A DNA stretch of 64,000 nucleotides from Myxococcales bacterium. Lineage in GTDB: Bacteria > Myxococcota_A > Polyangia > Polyangiales > Polyangiaceae. The stretch covers positions 1-64,000 of the forward strand of contig JAYTOU010000029.1 of the NCBI GenBank assembly GCA_043747615.1, in the 5' to 3' direction. Within the stretch, counting starts at the first letter, position 1, and every line of letters begins with the position of its first letter. Shown here piece after piece: positions 1-9,381 of the stretch. The position numbers and the translations under genes were made by a program. A model generated the notes under the pieces. That model ran no database searches. It was not told the origin of the DNA and saw nothing but the letters and a program-made list of their open reading frames with translations.

Positions 1-97
1 AGGTTGACGATGTAGCGCTTTCTCATGCCCAAGCATGGAACATGTTCACGCGTCGATGGAAAGCGAAACCCGTCAGCTCAATGGAACCGAGGCACTA
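1..97 (-). mobile_element. Probable left end of an IS630-family element; transposase starts at 26 and runs off the window
   Basis: Minus-strand ORF from ATG at 26 reads MRKRYIVNL, resembling the MxKxYIVxL start of IS630-family transposases. The putative end reads TAGTGCCTCGGTTCC and begins at a TA inside the stop codon of the neighbouring gene. Only 9 codons are visible. Confidence 0.4.
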
Positions 98-796
98 GCA
101 CCGATATCGCGAACCGAGCGCACACGAGCCTTCGTCGCAAATAGGCGGGAATTCGCCGTCAACGCAGGGGATAAAGCGGAGATGCGCCCCCTTCGGGCGT
201 CGGATGGGATGCAAGACGGGTTCGGAGCTGACCCAACAGTCCTTTTCCGTTTTGCAGGGCACCTTCTCGACGCTTGTTGGCGTGGGTTCTGTCGCAGGCA
301 TCGATGAAGCTACCGGCGGAGGCGGCGAGGACGCTTTGGTGGCGCGGGAGAAGGTGACGCAAACGCCGCCCGCGCAACGAGCTCCAATCTCGTGCGGATC
401 AGCGCTCTCGAGACCGTCGCTCGTCCGAGTCGGCGAGGCGACACACTCACAAAGGCCGGCGGCGGGGTTGCAAGCCTTCTCCTTGGTCTCGAAGACCGCT
501 AGCTCCGATCGTGCGATTCCGATAGCCACGGCGCTGCCACAGCAATCCACGAAGTGCAGAGCCACTGCGCAGTCGCCGTCGACCGCACAGCCGCAGCCAA
601 TCTCGACCGAGGGCCGCGATTCGGGGCATTCGAGTGCACGAAGCTGGCGGCGTCGATCCGGAATGCTGCCTGTTCGAGGAACGACGTTGCGCGCGCCGGA
701 CGGGCTCCCGCCGGGCGAACAAGTGACGCAGACGATGGCGATGGCGGCAAGCCTCAGTGCGACGATGACGGCCCTGGGAAAGACGAGCTTGAACAC
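95..796 (-). CDS. Cys-rich secreted or lipoprotein-like hypothetical protein
   Basis: Hydrophobic N-terminus ending near VCVTC, two Cys-rich modules (CAVDGDC..DCCG; CKTEKDC..CDEGSC) and a Pro/Ser/Thr linker. Start uncertain. Confidence 0.65.
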   Translation of the reverse strand: MFKLVFPRAVIVALRLAAIAIVCVTCSPGGSPSGARNVVPRTGSIPDRRRQLRALECPESRPSVEIGCGCAVDGDCAVALHFVDCCGSAVAIGIARSELAVFETKEKACNPAAGLCECVASPTRTSDGLESADPHEIGARCAGGVCVTFSRATKASSPPPPVASSMPATEPTPTSVEKVPCKTEKDCWVSSEPVLHPIRRPKGAHLRFIPCVDGEFPPICDEGSCALGSRYRC

Positions 797-853
797 AGAG
801 CCAACTTACCAGATCGGGAAGTGCCCAGCTCGACTCCTCAAATCAGTCGACTC

Positions 854-883
854 GGTCGATTTCGACGATCAACTTCGCATAAG
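854..883. repeat. 30-bp exact direct repeat, copy 1
   Basis: GGTCGATTTCGACGATCAACTTCGCATAAG is identical to 1461..1490; imperfect similarity extends back to 837/1444. Confidence 0.95.
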
Positions 884-899
884 GGACGTTGGGTAAACT
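872..899 (+). other. dif/Xer-like recombination site (degenerate)
   Basis: ACTTCGCATAA-GGGACG-TTGGGTAAACT has the 11-6-11 layout. The left arm shares CGCATAA with E. coli dif; the right arm matches the B. subtilis arm TTATGTAAACT at 9/11. Confidence 0.5.
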
Positions 900-938
900 T
901 TCGCCGAGGCTCTTCTTTTCGGAACGCCCTTGGACTAC

Positions 939-1444
939 CTACGCTCGATCCCCGGACAGCGCAACGGACGTGCCGAAGCGTGCGTTGGTGCGCGTGTTCG
1001 ACGCCTTGATGTACGCCTGCTGCGACCAAGCGGTGCCAGTTCGCGCGCGTTGCTCGCGTCGCCATTCGCCCCGACAGCGAGCGTGTCACCCGAGAGAGCA
1101 ACAGAAAGTCCGAAGCCGCCAAACCTCTGCGTGTTCGACGCCTTGATGTACGCCTGCTGCGACCAGGTCGTGCCCGTTCGGGTGAAAACGTAGACTGCAC
1201 CCGCGTAAAGGACAGAGGTGTCCGCTTGATCTCCGTTGATCCCGGTCGCGCCGCTCAGCTCAAGGTAAGCGCCGCCGGCGAGGGTGTCGTTGGAGAGCGC
1301 GAGGGAGTACCCGAAATACGCCTCCGTACGCGTATTCGACGCCTTGACGTACGCCTGCTGCGACCAGCTCGTCCCAGTCCGCGTGAAAACGTAGACACCA
1401 CCCGCCTGGTGCGCAGAGGCATCGGCTTGGTCTCCATTGATCCC
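939..1444 (-). pseudogene. FG-GAP / integrin-alpha beta-propeller repeat protein fragment
   Basis: Translates as GINGDQAD..GGVYVFTRTGTSWSQQAYVKASNT..FGYSLALSNDTLA, three repeat units. There is no start codon. Unit spacings of 201 and 137 bp indicate a 64-bp frameshifting deletion. Confidence 0.85.
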
Positions 1445-1460
1445 TCAACTTGATCGGCTT

Positions 1461-1490
1461 GGTCGATTTCGACGATCAACTTCGCATAAG
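1461..1490. repeat. 30-bp exact direct repeat, copy 2
   Basis: Identical to 854..883; contains the ACTTCGCATAA arm but no recognisable second arm. Confidence 0.95.
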
Positions 1491-1829
1491 CGGGATTCCG
1501 TCTCCCAAATGAGAGCCCCTTGCCATCGCGAGGAGCCTTGGTTTTCCTACGTCCTTCAGCGAAGTATCAATTGAGCGCCCTACAAAGCAGGGGCGACCGC
1601 GTGGAAACGTTTTTCTCTTCACTTATTTTTCGGGACTTCTTTCTTCGGGGCGCCATGGGCGTCGCAGGGGATCGAGAAAGCGTCGCGAGCGGGCAAAAGC
1701 TAGGGAGCGGACCAGGAGCCGCACTCCCCGTGCGGTGACGCACCGGCTTGGACGAAGTCACGGAGTAGAGGAGGTCTCGGACTCCCGACCGACGATTTTG
1801 CCCGTGATGCACGCTTTATCGATCACTGC

Positions 1830-2642
1830 TCAGGGATGGTCGCAGCCACCGCCGGTGAAGAATGCGGAGAACGAGGCGCAGGCTGCGCACGCGCCGGGGT
1901 GCCGCCAAGAGCACGAGCGGCAGGCGACGTCGTGGGCGTAGCAGCCGTAGTGGTTGCAGCAGTCACCGCACGTCCAATTCCAGCAGGTGGTGTTGGGCCC
2001 GCACATTCCCTCGTCCTGGGGTCCCCATTCGCTCGAGTAGGCCTGGCAGTAGGCTCCGTTTCCGCCGTAGTAGTCCTGCGCCCTCACCTCGGGGGCGGGG
2101 GCGGCGAGCGCCGGAAGGGCGATGTCGTGGGCCTTCGCCATCATGATTCCGAAGCTGTGAATCATGAACGTCGCCGGATAGTCCGTTCCCGTGAGGCCAC
2201 GCGCCCCGAGCGCCTGGGAGAGCCACGGCATCTGCGGACCTTCCTTGGAGTTGATCAGCTTGTCGAGCGCGCCCGTGATGTCGCCGCTCTGGTCGGGCGT
2301 CTTTTGGGTCATCGTGCCCTTGAACGCGGCGGCTCCGTCCATCACGTTCATTACGCGTCCGTCGGGGGTCTTCTGCGCGGAGATGAGCAACTGTCCGGTC
2401 GCGCTCCTCACGACGAACACTTCCTGCTGCGCGGTTCGAATGGACTCGAAGAGGATCGTCACGCCTTCGCGCGTGAACTTTCCGCGAACGTGATCAGGGG
2501 ATGCTTCGCTGAGGGTGAGCTCCTGTGTCGTGTCGGACACCGTGCTGCTCGCGCTGGATGATTCGGTTGCGCTGCTGCAGCCCATCGTGACGGTTGCGAA
2601 CGCCGTGAGGAGTGCGACGACCGCGAGGAGTTTGTGCATCAT
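1830..2642 (-). CDS. Lipoprotein with C-terminal Cys-rich, PLA2-like HD domain
   Basis: Signal peptide with lipobox TMGC; C-terminus GMCGPNTTCWNWTCGDCCNHYGCYAHDVAC. Confidence 0.8.
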   Translation of the reverse strand: MMHKLLAVVALLTAFATVTMGCSSATESSSASSTVSDTTQELTLSEASPDHVRGKFTREGVTILFESIRTAQQEVFVVRSATGQLLISAQKTPDGRVMNVMDGAAAFKGTMTQKTPDQSGDITGALDKLINSKEGPQMPWLSQALGARGLTGTDYPATFMIHSFGIMMAKAHDIALPALAAPAPEVRAQDYYGGNGAYCQAYSSEWGPQDEGMCGPNTTCWNWTCGDCCNHYGCYAHDVACRSCSWRHPGACAACASFSAFFTGGGCDHP

Positions 2643-2884
2643 GTATCGAAACAAGAGCAATGAACGTGCTAGCTAACACCGCGACATCCTGAACGAATAA
2701 TGGCGCGCTCGTCGCACATTAGACCTACATTGGGAGCGCAAAATTCCGGCGCTTTTCGAGGGAACGAGACGGTGCGCGGGGAACGTTTCGCTGCGGAAAA
2801 GGGCGTGAGCGTCGCACCCGTGCTCACGGATCGTCCGCGATCTATCGTTGGTACACGCGTGCACCGGGGCGCGACTCCTCGCGA

Positions 2885-3964
2885 TCAGAACGCAGGAAGC
2901 GTTGCGACGGAGTCGTAGTCACGTTCCGTGTTCTTCGGCGCGCGTGGCGCACTCTGCGAGGGGTGACCAAGCCGCCACTCGACTCCTCGAGCCTCTTCGA
3001 GCGCGGTGCGATCGGCGTACGGCTGCGGATGCGCGGCGGTCGCCCGCAGGTAGGTCGGAAGGTCGACGACCTGGTAGCCGATGCGCGCAGGCCGCGCGGG
3101 ATCGAATTTGCGCGAGCGCAGCCAAGCGAGGAGCTTGGCGACGGTGGGGGCGGTCGACCGGCGAATGTCGTGCAAGAGCACGATGCCCCCACCCGCGTAT
3201 TCCAGGTGATTTCCAATGCTCTCGGCAATGGCCGCGGGATCGTCGGCATCGGCGTTGTCCGCCTCGATGTTCCACAACACGAGCTCCGCGCCGCGCTGAC
3301 GAAGCACGTCCTCGCTGAACTCGTCGAGCTGACCGTAGGGCGGTCGGAAAAAAATTGGTCTCTTCCCCGTCACGCGCTCGATCGAATCGGCGCCTTCGTC
3401 GATCTGCGCCTGCGCCTGGTTGTGAGTCACCCGCGTGAGCAGAAAATGATCGTGAGTGTGGTTGCCGATGATGTGTCCCGCAGCTGCAATTCGCTTCGCT
3501 GCCTCGCGCGTCGCCGATGCGAATGGCGCGTCACCATCAAGGAGCCCGCCCACAAGAAAGAACGTCGCCTTCACGTCGTAGTGATCGAGCACCTTCAGGA
3601 TCGGCGGTGTGGTCCAGGGAAACGGGCCATCGTCAAAGGTCAAAGTGACCAGCCGCCGTCCGTCGCCTCTTTCGGGCGCGGGGCCCTCCGCGAGCAGCCA
3701 CGCTTTCTTCACGCTGATACTCGAATTCATGCGCGGCCACGGCACAGGATCGGGAAGGAGCGACGCATCCACCGGCGTGGCGGCGGAGTCCCCCGGCGGT
3801 GACGCGGCAAGGTCAGCCGAGGCATTTTCCGAAGCGGTCGGGTCGTACGACGGGATCGAACGGAAGCTTGGCGAGACGGTGAAAGACGAGGTGAGGCCCA
3901 GCCACGAGCCCAGAAAAAGGGCCGCAATCGGCACGAAAGACCTCGAAAACGCAAACCCCGTCAT
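2885..3964 (-). CDS. Polysaccharide deacetylase (CE4/NodB)
   Basis: Motifs LTFDDGP, GNHTHDH, FRPPYG and IVLLHD; N-terminal hydrophobic anchor. Confidence 0.93.
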   Translation of the reverse strand: MTGFAFSRSFVPIAALFLGSWLGLTSSFTVSPSFRSIPSYDPTASENASADLAASPPGDSAATPVDASLLPDPVPWPRMNSSISVKKAWLLAEGPAPERGDGRRLVTLTFDDGPFPWTTPPILKVLDHYDVKATFFLVGGLLDGDAPFASATREAAKRIAAAGHIIGNHTHDHFLLTRVTHNQAQAQIDEGADSIERVTGKRPIFFRPPYGQLDEFSEDVLRQRGAELVLWNIEADNADADDPAAIAESIGNHLEYAGGGIVLLHDIRRSTAPTVAKLLAWLRSRKFDPARPARIGYQVVDLPTYLRATAAHPQPYADRTALEEARGVEWRLGHPSQSAPRAPKNTERDYDSVATLPAF

Positions 3965-4057
3965 CGGCAAGGCGATCGTAGAGGCCTCACTTTTTGGGGG
4001 CCAACTTGTTGACCGCTCGCACTTTTTTCGAAGCGCCGGGCGTGCGAGCATGAGGCG

Positions 4058-4930
4058 ATGAGCACCTGTTTGAACTGTGGCGCCGACCTCACCGGGCTCG
4101 CCAAGTTTTGTGCGCAGTGCGGCGCCGCCGGGTCTCTCGAGATCACGCGCCCGGAATCGGCCACGGGCATTCTGGCGATTCACCCCGACCCTCTACCCAT
4201 CGGCGCAATCGTGATCGTGGCGCACGACGAATTGTTCTTCGGCGTTGCCGGCGGGCACGTGGCCTTCGAGCTTCGCGGAGGCCGCCACGCCACCCAGGAT
4301 CCCTGCGAGTGGGGCGCCTTCGTGCGAACGACCACGACGAGCGACGTGCATTTCGGCGCTGATTTCGGGCTGATCAGCGATGCCAAAGGGAAAACGGCAA
4401 AGGTGCGGGCCATCGGCTCGATGCACGTCGTCATCGACGACGCAGCGCTACTCGTGGAGCGAATCGCCTCGCTCTCGCCGGGCATTCGGCGCATCGACGT
4501 CATCGCCCTCGTCCGAGACGCGGCCGTGCAAGGCACGAAACGAGCGCTCGGAGACGTGTGCAGCGTCCTCGGGTGGAACGTCGATGATCTCATCGCCGGC
4601 GTGAAGAATCATGAGCTCCCGCCTCTCTTTGCGTCGGCATATGCGGCGAGCGAAGGCGCGCTTCCGGGAACGAGCGTCGAGCTCGCAGACATGAGCCTGA
4701 GCGCACGCGCGTTCTCCGAGCCGTCGTTCACGCCCTATGTCTCCGTCGCGCCGCCCGCTCCCCCGACCACCCCCGACCTAGGCCCCGGCATGACGGTGCT
4801 CGTCCAGCGTGAAGGCGCGAGCCTGATCGGCACCATCGAGCAAACGTCCGAGGATGGGCAGTGCCTCGTCTCGTTCGAGGATGGACAACAAATCTGGATC
4901 GTCCCGCAACACCTTTACGCTACACCGTAA
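4058..4930 (+). CDS. Zinc-ribbon plus SPFH-like domain protein with small C-terminal SH3/Tudor-like domain
   Basis: N-terminal CLNC..FCAQC; central region resembles SPFH/virion-core-like domains; Pro linker then GPGMTVLV..CLVSFEDGQQIWI. Confidence 0.65.
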   Translation: MSTCLNCGADLTGLAKFCAQCGAAGSLEITRPESATGILAIHPDPLPIGAIVIVAHDELFFGVAGGHVAFELRGGRHATQDPCEWGAFVRTTTTSDVHFGADFGLISDAKGKTAKVRAIGSMHVVIDDAALLVERIASLSPGIRRIDVIALVRDAAVQGTKRALGDVCSVLGWNVDDLIAGVKNHELPPLFASAYAASEGALPGTSVELADMSLSARAFSEPSFTPYVSVAPPAPPTTPDLGPGMTVLVQREGASLIGTIEQTSEDGQCLVSFEDGQQIWIVPQHLYATP

Positions 4931-4944
4931 GTAGGAGGCTTCAG

Positions 4945-5634
4945 ATGGCGCTGATTCCGTTCGTGCAAAACTACGACGACCTTTCCACCGACCAAGGTTT
5001 CCAGTTCAAGTTTCACTGCGACAAGTGCGGCAACGGCTACATGTCGAGCTTTCAAAGGTCGGCGATCGGCGCCGCCGGATCCCTTCTTCGTGCGGCGGGC
5101 GGACTGCTCGGCGGGTGGATGAGCTCGGCTGGGAACTCGGCGTACGAGGTGCAGCGGATGGTTGGCGGAACGGCCCACGATGACGCGCTGAACGCCGCGA
5201 TCAAAGAGGGGATGCAGCGCTTCCACCAGTGCAGCCGCTGTGGAAAATGGGTTTGTGGAGAGGTGTGCTGGAACGGGCAAGTCGGCCAGTGCGAAGAATG
5301 CGCGCCGAACTTCAAGGAAGAGTTCGCCTCCGCCCACGCGCACGCCAAGGCCGACGCCGCACGCCAGCAGCTTCAGGAAAAAGCCCAAGGCACGAACTAC
5401 ATCGGCAACACGGACATGAGCGAGGCCGGCTACGCAGCCGCACCGAACCGTCCCACGGCAGCCGGAGCGACGGGTGCGGGAGGAGACGCGTGCGCCGGGT
5501 GCGGAGCGGGTGTCGGCGCCGCCAAGTTCTGTCCAAACTGCGGCACACCTCACGCTTCGCCGGGATGCAAAGCCTGTGGCACCGTGGTTCAGTCGGGATC
5601 GAAATTCTGCCCGAACTGCGGGGCTCACACCTAG
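4945..5634 (+). CDS. Multi zinc-ribbon (double zinc ribbon) protein
   Basis: AGGAGG RBS; CxxC pairs CDKC, CSRC, CGEVC, CEEC, CAGC/FCPNC and CKAC/FCPNC. Confidence 0.85.
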   Translation: MALIPFVQNYDDLSTDQGFQFKFHCDKCGNGYMSSFQRSAIGAAGSLLRAAGGLLGGWMSSAGNSAYEVQRMVGGTAHDDALNAAIKEGMQRFHQCSRCGKWVCGEVCWNGQVGQCEECAPNFKEEFASAHAHAKADAARQQLQEKAQGTNYIGNTDMSEAGYAAAPNRPTAAGATGAGGDACAGCGAGVGAAKFCPNCGTPHASPGCKACGTVVQSGSKFCPNCGAHT

Positions 5635-5678
5635 GCGCACCGCGGAGTCCTGGCCGAGCATCGTAAGAACTGCGGTAG

Positions 5679-7562
5679 ATGATCAAGCGTCCGAACCTTA
5701 CGAAGAGGCAAAAGCTAGTCGTTTATCCGCTGTCCGGGATTCTCGGGCTCTATGTGTTCTTTCTCGTCGCGGTGAACGTCTTCATCAAAACGGGGAGTCT
5801 TCGTTCGCTGCTCAACAAGAGCCCCGAGAAAGTCTTCATCGACTACGAGACAGCGACCACGTTCTGGCCGGGGCGCGTGCACGTGACCCACATCTCGGTC
5901 CGCGGGCGCGACGGGAACATCGAATGGATCGTGCTTCTCGACGAGGCCGACGTGGTCATTGGCCTCCTCGATCTCACGAAGAAACGCTTTCACGCCGAGC
6001 GCGTACGGGGGAACGGCGTCTCGTTTCGGCTCCGCCAGCGGCTTGAAAAAGGGGAGGTCAGCCCCGCATTGACGGATGCCCTTCCACCCATCCCGGGCTT
6101 CGCCGATCCGCCGCTCCGGAACGTCCCTCTGCTTCCCCCTACTGTCGACATGAACGCCGTCTGGAGCGTGTTTCTCGAGAACGTCGAGGCGACCAACGTG
6201 CGCGAGGTGTGGATCGATCAGTACCGTTACGGCGGCCATTCCCACGTGCAGGGCGGGTTTTCGCTGCAGCCGCTCCGTGAAGTGACGGTTGGTCCGGCGC
6301 ACGTCGACGTCGCCGACGGTGACGTTTTTCTCGGGAAGGACGTCATCACTTCTGGAGTGAAGGGCACCGTCGACTGCACGATGCGAGCGTTCGACCCGAA
6401 GGCGAAGAGCGCGGTCATCGTGCAGAGCTTGACCGCCAGCGCGCAACTCGACGGACAGTTCGAGAGCGCCCACTTCGTCAACACGTACACGAAGGACGAC
6501 CCTCACTTCGATCACGGAAAGGGGCCGCTCCACTCGAGCGTCCGCGTTCGCGACGGCGCCTTCGAGAACGGGAGCACGGTCAACGCGCAAATCAAAGGGC
6601 TGACAGTCGCGAGTGGCGAGTACCACTCCAGCGTCGATTCGCTCCTCACCGTCGAAGTGTCGCCCTCCAAGAGCGGCAAATCCCAAGGGCACGCGAAGCT
6701 CGCAGCGTCCGCCACCGTCTCGCGCAAAGGCTTTGACACAAGCCCGATCCGCTCGCCCGGAATCGTCGTCGAGGCCCACGTCGCCGATCTTGCCATCGCC
6801 GATGCGCTCAAGGGCGCCACGTATTCGTTCGACACCGGAAAGTCCGAAATCCCGGATGTACGCGTCTTCACCTCGTACATCGATCCGAAGAGTGAGTTTC
6901 AACTCAACGCGGGGAAGGGGAACGCGGCCGCCCACCTGGAGCTCACTCCGGAGACGAAAGTCGCCCAGGGGCACGCGGCTCTCGATCTCGAAGGGCTCGG
7001 CTTTCGCCTCCAGAAGACGCAGGGACGGGCGACGGCTGCGCTTCGCGTCAAGCTCGCATCCAAGGACTACGCGAAAGCGCTCGACTTTTCTGGAAGCTCG
7101 CTCGATCTCAAAGACGTCGACATTGCAGAGGAGGGACCGCATCCCGTCTGGTGGGGGCACGTGGATCTTGGTGACACCCGCGTTGGTCTCGCCGGCGGGC
7201 CGACATTTCATTCAGTCATGATCAGCCACTTCCGTGACGGGCGCCCTGTCCTCGCCCTCCTTCGCGCCGAAGTGCCCGCCTGGGTGCGCGGGCTCACGTC
7301 TCTCGAAGAACTCGTCGCGAGCACCGTGATCGATGTCGCGCCGAACGACGCCAGCCTCACCGCCATCCACGCCACGGGAGGCGGTTATGATTTCGCCGGA
7401 ACATTCCGCTCGAGAAACGGCCAAGATCACGGCCTATTTCTGATCCAAAAAAGTTTTCTCTCCCTCGGCATCGAGGTGAAAAACGGGAGCACGACCCTCG
7501 AGCCGCTCTTCGCCTCCGCTTGGTATCAGGAGCGCTTGCGGAGCGTGGCCAAGCTCCATTGA
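5679..7562 (+). CDS. AsmA/DUF748-like membrane-anchored beta-rich protein
   Basis: Single N-terminal TM segment followed by about 590 aa of alternating beta-strand pattern. The family call is tentative. Confidence 0.6.
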   Translation: MIKRPNLTKRQKLVVYPLSGILGLYVFFLVAVNVFIKTGSLRSLLNKSPEKVFIDYETATTFWPGRVHVTHISVRGRDGNIEWIVLLDEADVVIGLLDLTKKRFHAERVRGNGVSFRLRQRLEKGEVSPALTDALPPIPGFADPPLRNVPLLPPTVDMNAVWSVFLENVEATNVREVWIDQYRYGGHSHVQGGFSLQPLREVTVGPAHVDVADGDVFLGKDVITSGVKGTVDCTMRAFDPKAKSAVIVQSLTASAQLDGQFESAHFVNTYTKDDPHFDHGKGPLHSSVRVRDGAFENGSTVNAQIKGLTVASGEYHSSVDSLLTVEVSPSKSGKSQGHAKLAASATVSRKGFDTSPIRSPGIVVEAHVADLAIADALKGATYSFDTGKSEIPDVRVFTSYIDPKSEFQLNAGKGNAAAHLELTPETKVAQGHAALDLEGLGFRLQKTQGRATAALRVKLASKDYAKALDFSGSSLDLKDVDIAEEGPHPVWWGHVDLGDTRVGLAGGPTFHSVMISHFRDGRPVLALLRAEVPAWVRGLTSLEELVASTVIDVAPNDASLTAIHATGGGYDFAGTFRSRNGQDHGLFLIQKSFLSLGIEVKNGSTTLEPLFASAWYQERLRSVAKLH

Positions 7563-7563
7563 G

Positions 7564-8706
7564 CTATCTCGCGGGAGGATAGATGCCCGGATCTTCGGCG
7601 CGCGCTCCCCACCGCCATCGCTGCTCGCGGTCGGCGGCCCAGGGTGCAGCGAAGGCGTCGCGCATCACCAGCTCCGCCACTTTTCCGCGCGGCGAAAATC
7701 CCCACTCCGCTTCTTGCGAAGCGTCGTCCGGATTGGCGTAGACGCGCCACACGAAGAAGCCGGCGAAGTCCTCCTCGTCGAGCAGCGGCGCGAGGAGCGC
7801 GTGGTACGCGAGAGCTTGCGCGTCCTCGTCGACCCGCACGTGGGCCATCTTGTCCGGCCACTGCCATGGTTCGATCGCCGGATCTGGGCGCGTCGTGTAG
7901 CCGATCTCCGTGAAGAGCACGGGCCGGTGCCAGGTCTCTGCGAGCGCGTGCACCTTGGCGCGCACTTGGCGTCCACCCTCGAAGAGCTCAGCCTGCGACG
8001 CGCCATTTTTTTGCGCGAGCGGATAGAACGCGTTGATACCGATGACGTCGAGATCGCCGAGGATGACGGTCTGATCGACGTCGTCCCAGTTCGCCGAGTA
8101 CGTGAGGATCCCCGGAAAAATACCGCGTATTTTACGAAGAATGCTGCCGAAGCTCGGGGCTCGTCCGGTGGTCACCCATGACCTCAGCTCGACGCCCGCC
8201 GAGAACATTTCGACGCCCGTCGCGGCCGCGACTTTTGCCCAGCCGAGGACGAACGCGCCGTAGCTCTCGGCCCACGCGGCCCACCCTTCGTCGGTCTTCG
8301 GATCGATGAGCGCGCGCCACTCCCCCGACTCGACCCACAGATGAGGAACGAGCATTACCTTGAGGCCACGCGCGTGCGCCATCTTGATCGAACGGGCGAT
8401 GTTGGCGCGGTTCTCCTCGAAGGGCGCTTCGAAGGTAGGGTCGACGCCGCGTCCCACGAGATCCGCCACGCGACCGAAGGGTGTGATCGCGATCCACTCC
8501 GCGCCGCTGCGCGCACACTCGTCGAGCGAGCGGTCGAACGCCGCCGACCCATAGCCAACGCCCGGATGGTAGGTGTTCTCGATCGGGCCGACGGTGATCC
8601 CACGTGCGCCGCGAGAAGCGCCGTCACGCCACCCTGCTGCCGTCGGGTAAGGGCGCCACGCCGTGAGCATGGTGAGCGCGATCACCGCAAAAATAGAGCG
8701 TTTCAC
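7564..8706 (-). CDS. Secreted glycoside hydrolase, GH113-like TIM barrel
   Basis: GLKVMLVPHLW, SAGVEL, LTYSANWD, IGINAFYPL and VLFTEIGY motifs; signal peptide. Confidence 0.85.
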   Translation of the reverse strand: MKRSIFAVIALTMLTAWRPYPTAAGWRDGASRGARGITVGPIENTYHPGVGYGSAAFDRSLDECARSGAEWIAITPFGRVADLVGRGVDPTFEAPFEENRANIARSIKMAHARGLKVMLVPHLWVESGEWRALIDPKTDEGWAAWAESYGAFVLGWAKVAAATGVEMFSAGVELRSWVTTGRAPSFGSILRKIRGIFPGILTYSANWDDVDQTVILGDLDVIGINAFYPLAQKNGASQAELFEGGRQVRAKVHALAETWHRPVLFTEIGYTTRPDPAIEPWQWPDKMAHVRVDEDAQALAYHALLAPLLDEEDFAGFFVWRVYANPDDASQEAEWGFSPRGKVAELVMRDAFAAPWAADREQRWRWGARAEDPGIYPPAR

Positions 8707-9377
8707 GTGATGTCACCGTCGAGCAGCGCGTCGGTGAGGCCGGCGAGTGTGAGGGCCACCGCGTCGGCTCCGGCACGCACGAGCTCTTCTTCCGCGTAGG
8801 TATGAGCGACCGCCACGCAGCGCAGAGAGGCGGCCTTCGCCGCAGCAATTCCGGCGATCGAATCCTCGATGACGACGGCGCTCGTCACGCCCAGTGGCGC
8901 GAGCTTGGTCATGGCAAGGAGGTAGCCTTCGGGATCCGGCTTGCAGGCGCGAACGTGATTCGCTGCGATCCGGAAGAGGACACGGTGAGCAATTCCCATC
9001 TTGTTGAGGCAGAAGACGATCTCGTGATCGAGTGCGCCGGACACGATGACCACCGGACCGATGGCAGCCCTGCGTAAGATGAGCTCTCTTGCTCCCTCGA
9101 AAATGCGCAGCTCCCTCTCCGCTCGTGCGAGGTAGAGGGGCTTCTTTGCCTCGACCAGCTTCGCGACGAGGTCGGAATCCGGCGCGCGCCCGGCATCGTT
9201 CAAGATCGCCGCGAAAGCGCCCGTGTCGTCGAAGCCGAGGTAGCGATCTTTGTAGTCTGCATCGCTGATGGTGATGGCGTAGCGCGCTACGGCGTCGCGG
9301 AAGCACGCGAGGTGGATGTGCTCATCGTCGGCGATGACACCGTTGAAATCGAAGAGGGTGGCGTGCACGCGGCTCAT
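8703..9377 (-). CDS. HAD-family phosphatase (beta-PGM-like)
   Basis: LFDFNGV motif I, KPDPEGY, VIEDSIAG. Confidence 0.9.
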   Translation of the reverse strand: MSRVHATLFDFNGVIADDEHIHLACFRDAVARYAITISDADYKDRYLGFDDTGAFAAILNDAGRAPDSDLVAKLVEAKKPLYLARAERELRIFEGARELILRRAAIGPVVIVSGALDHEIVFCLNKMGIAHRVLFRIAANHVRACKPDPEGYLLAMTKLAPLGVTSAVVIEDSIAGIAAAKAASLRCVAVAHTYAEEELVRAGADAVALTLAGLTDALLDGDIT

Positions 9378-9381
9378 TCTC

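Noticed and set aside
992..1366. Three near-identical 37-bp repeats resembling a CRISPR array
   Set aside because: The intervening sequences are 100 and 164 bp, are homologous to each other, and translate as FG-GAP repeats. No cas genes are present.
1567..1812. Small ORFs or an ncRNA in the intergenic gap
   Set aside because: No RBS, motif or recognisable RNA structure.
2656..2671. Sigma-54 promoter as a firm feature
   Set aside because: It lacks the invariant GG (reads TAGCAC), so it is mentioned only as weak supporting evidence.
2804..2828. Inverted repeat CGTGAGC-N11-GCTCACG
   Set aside because: Short, GC-rich and without an adjacent U-tract; it could arise by chance.
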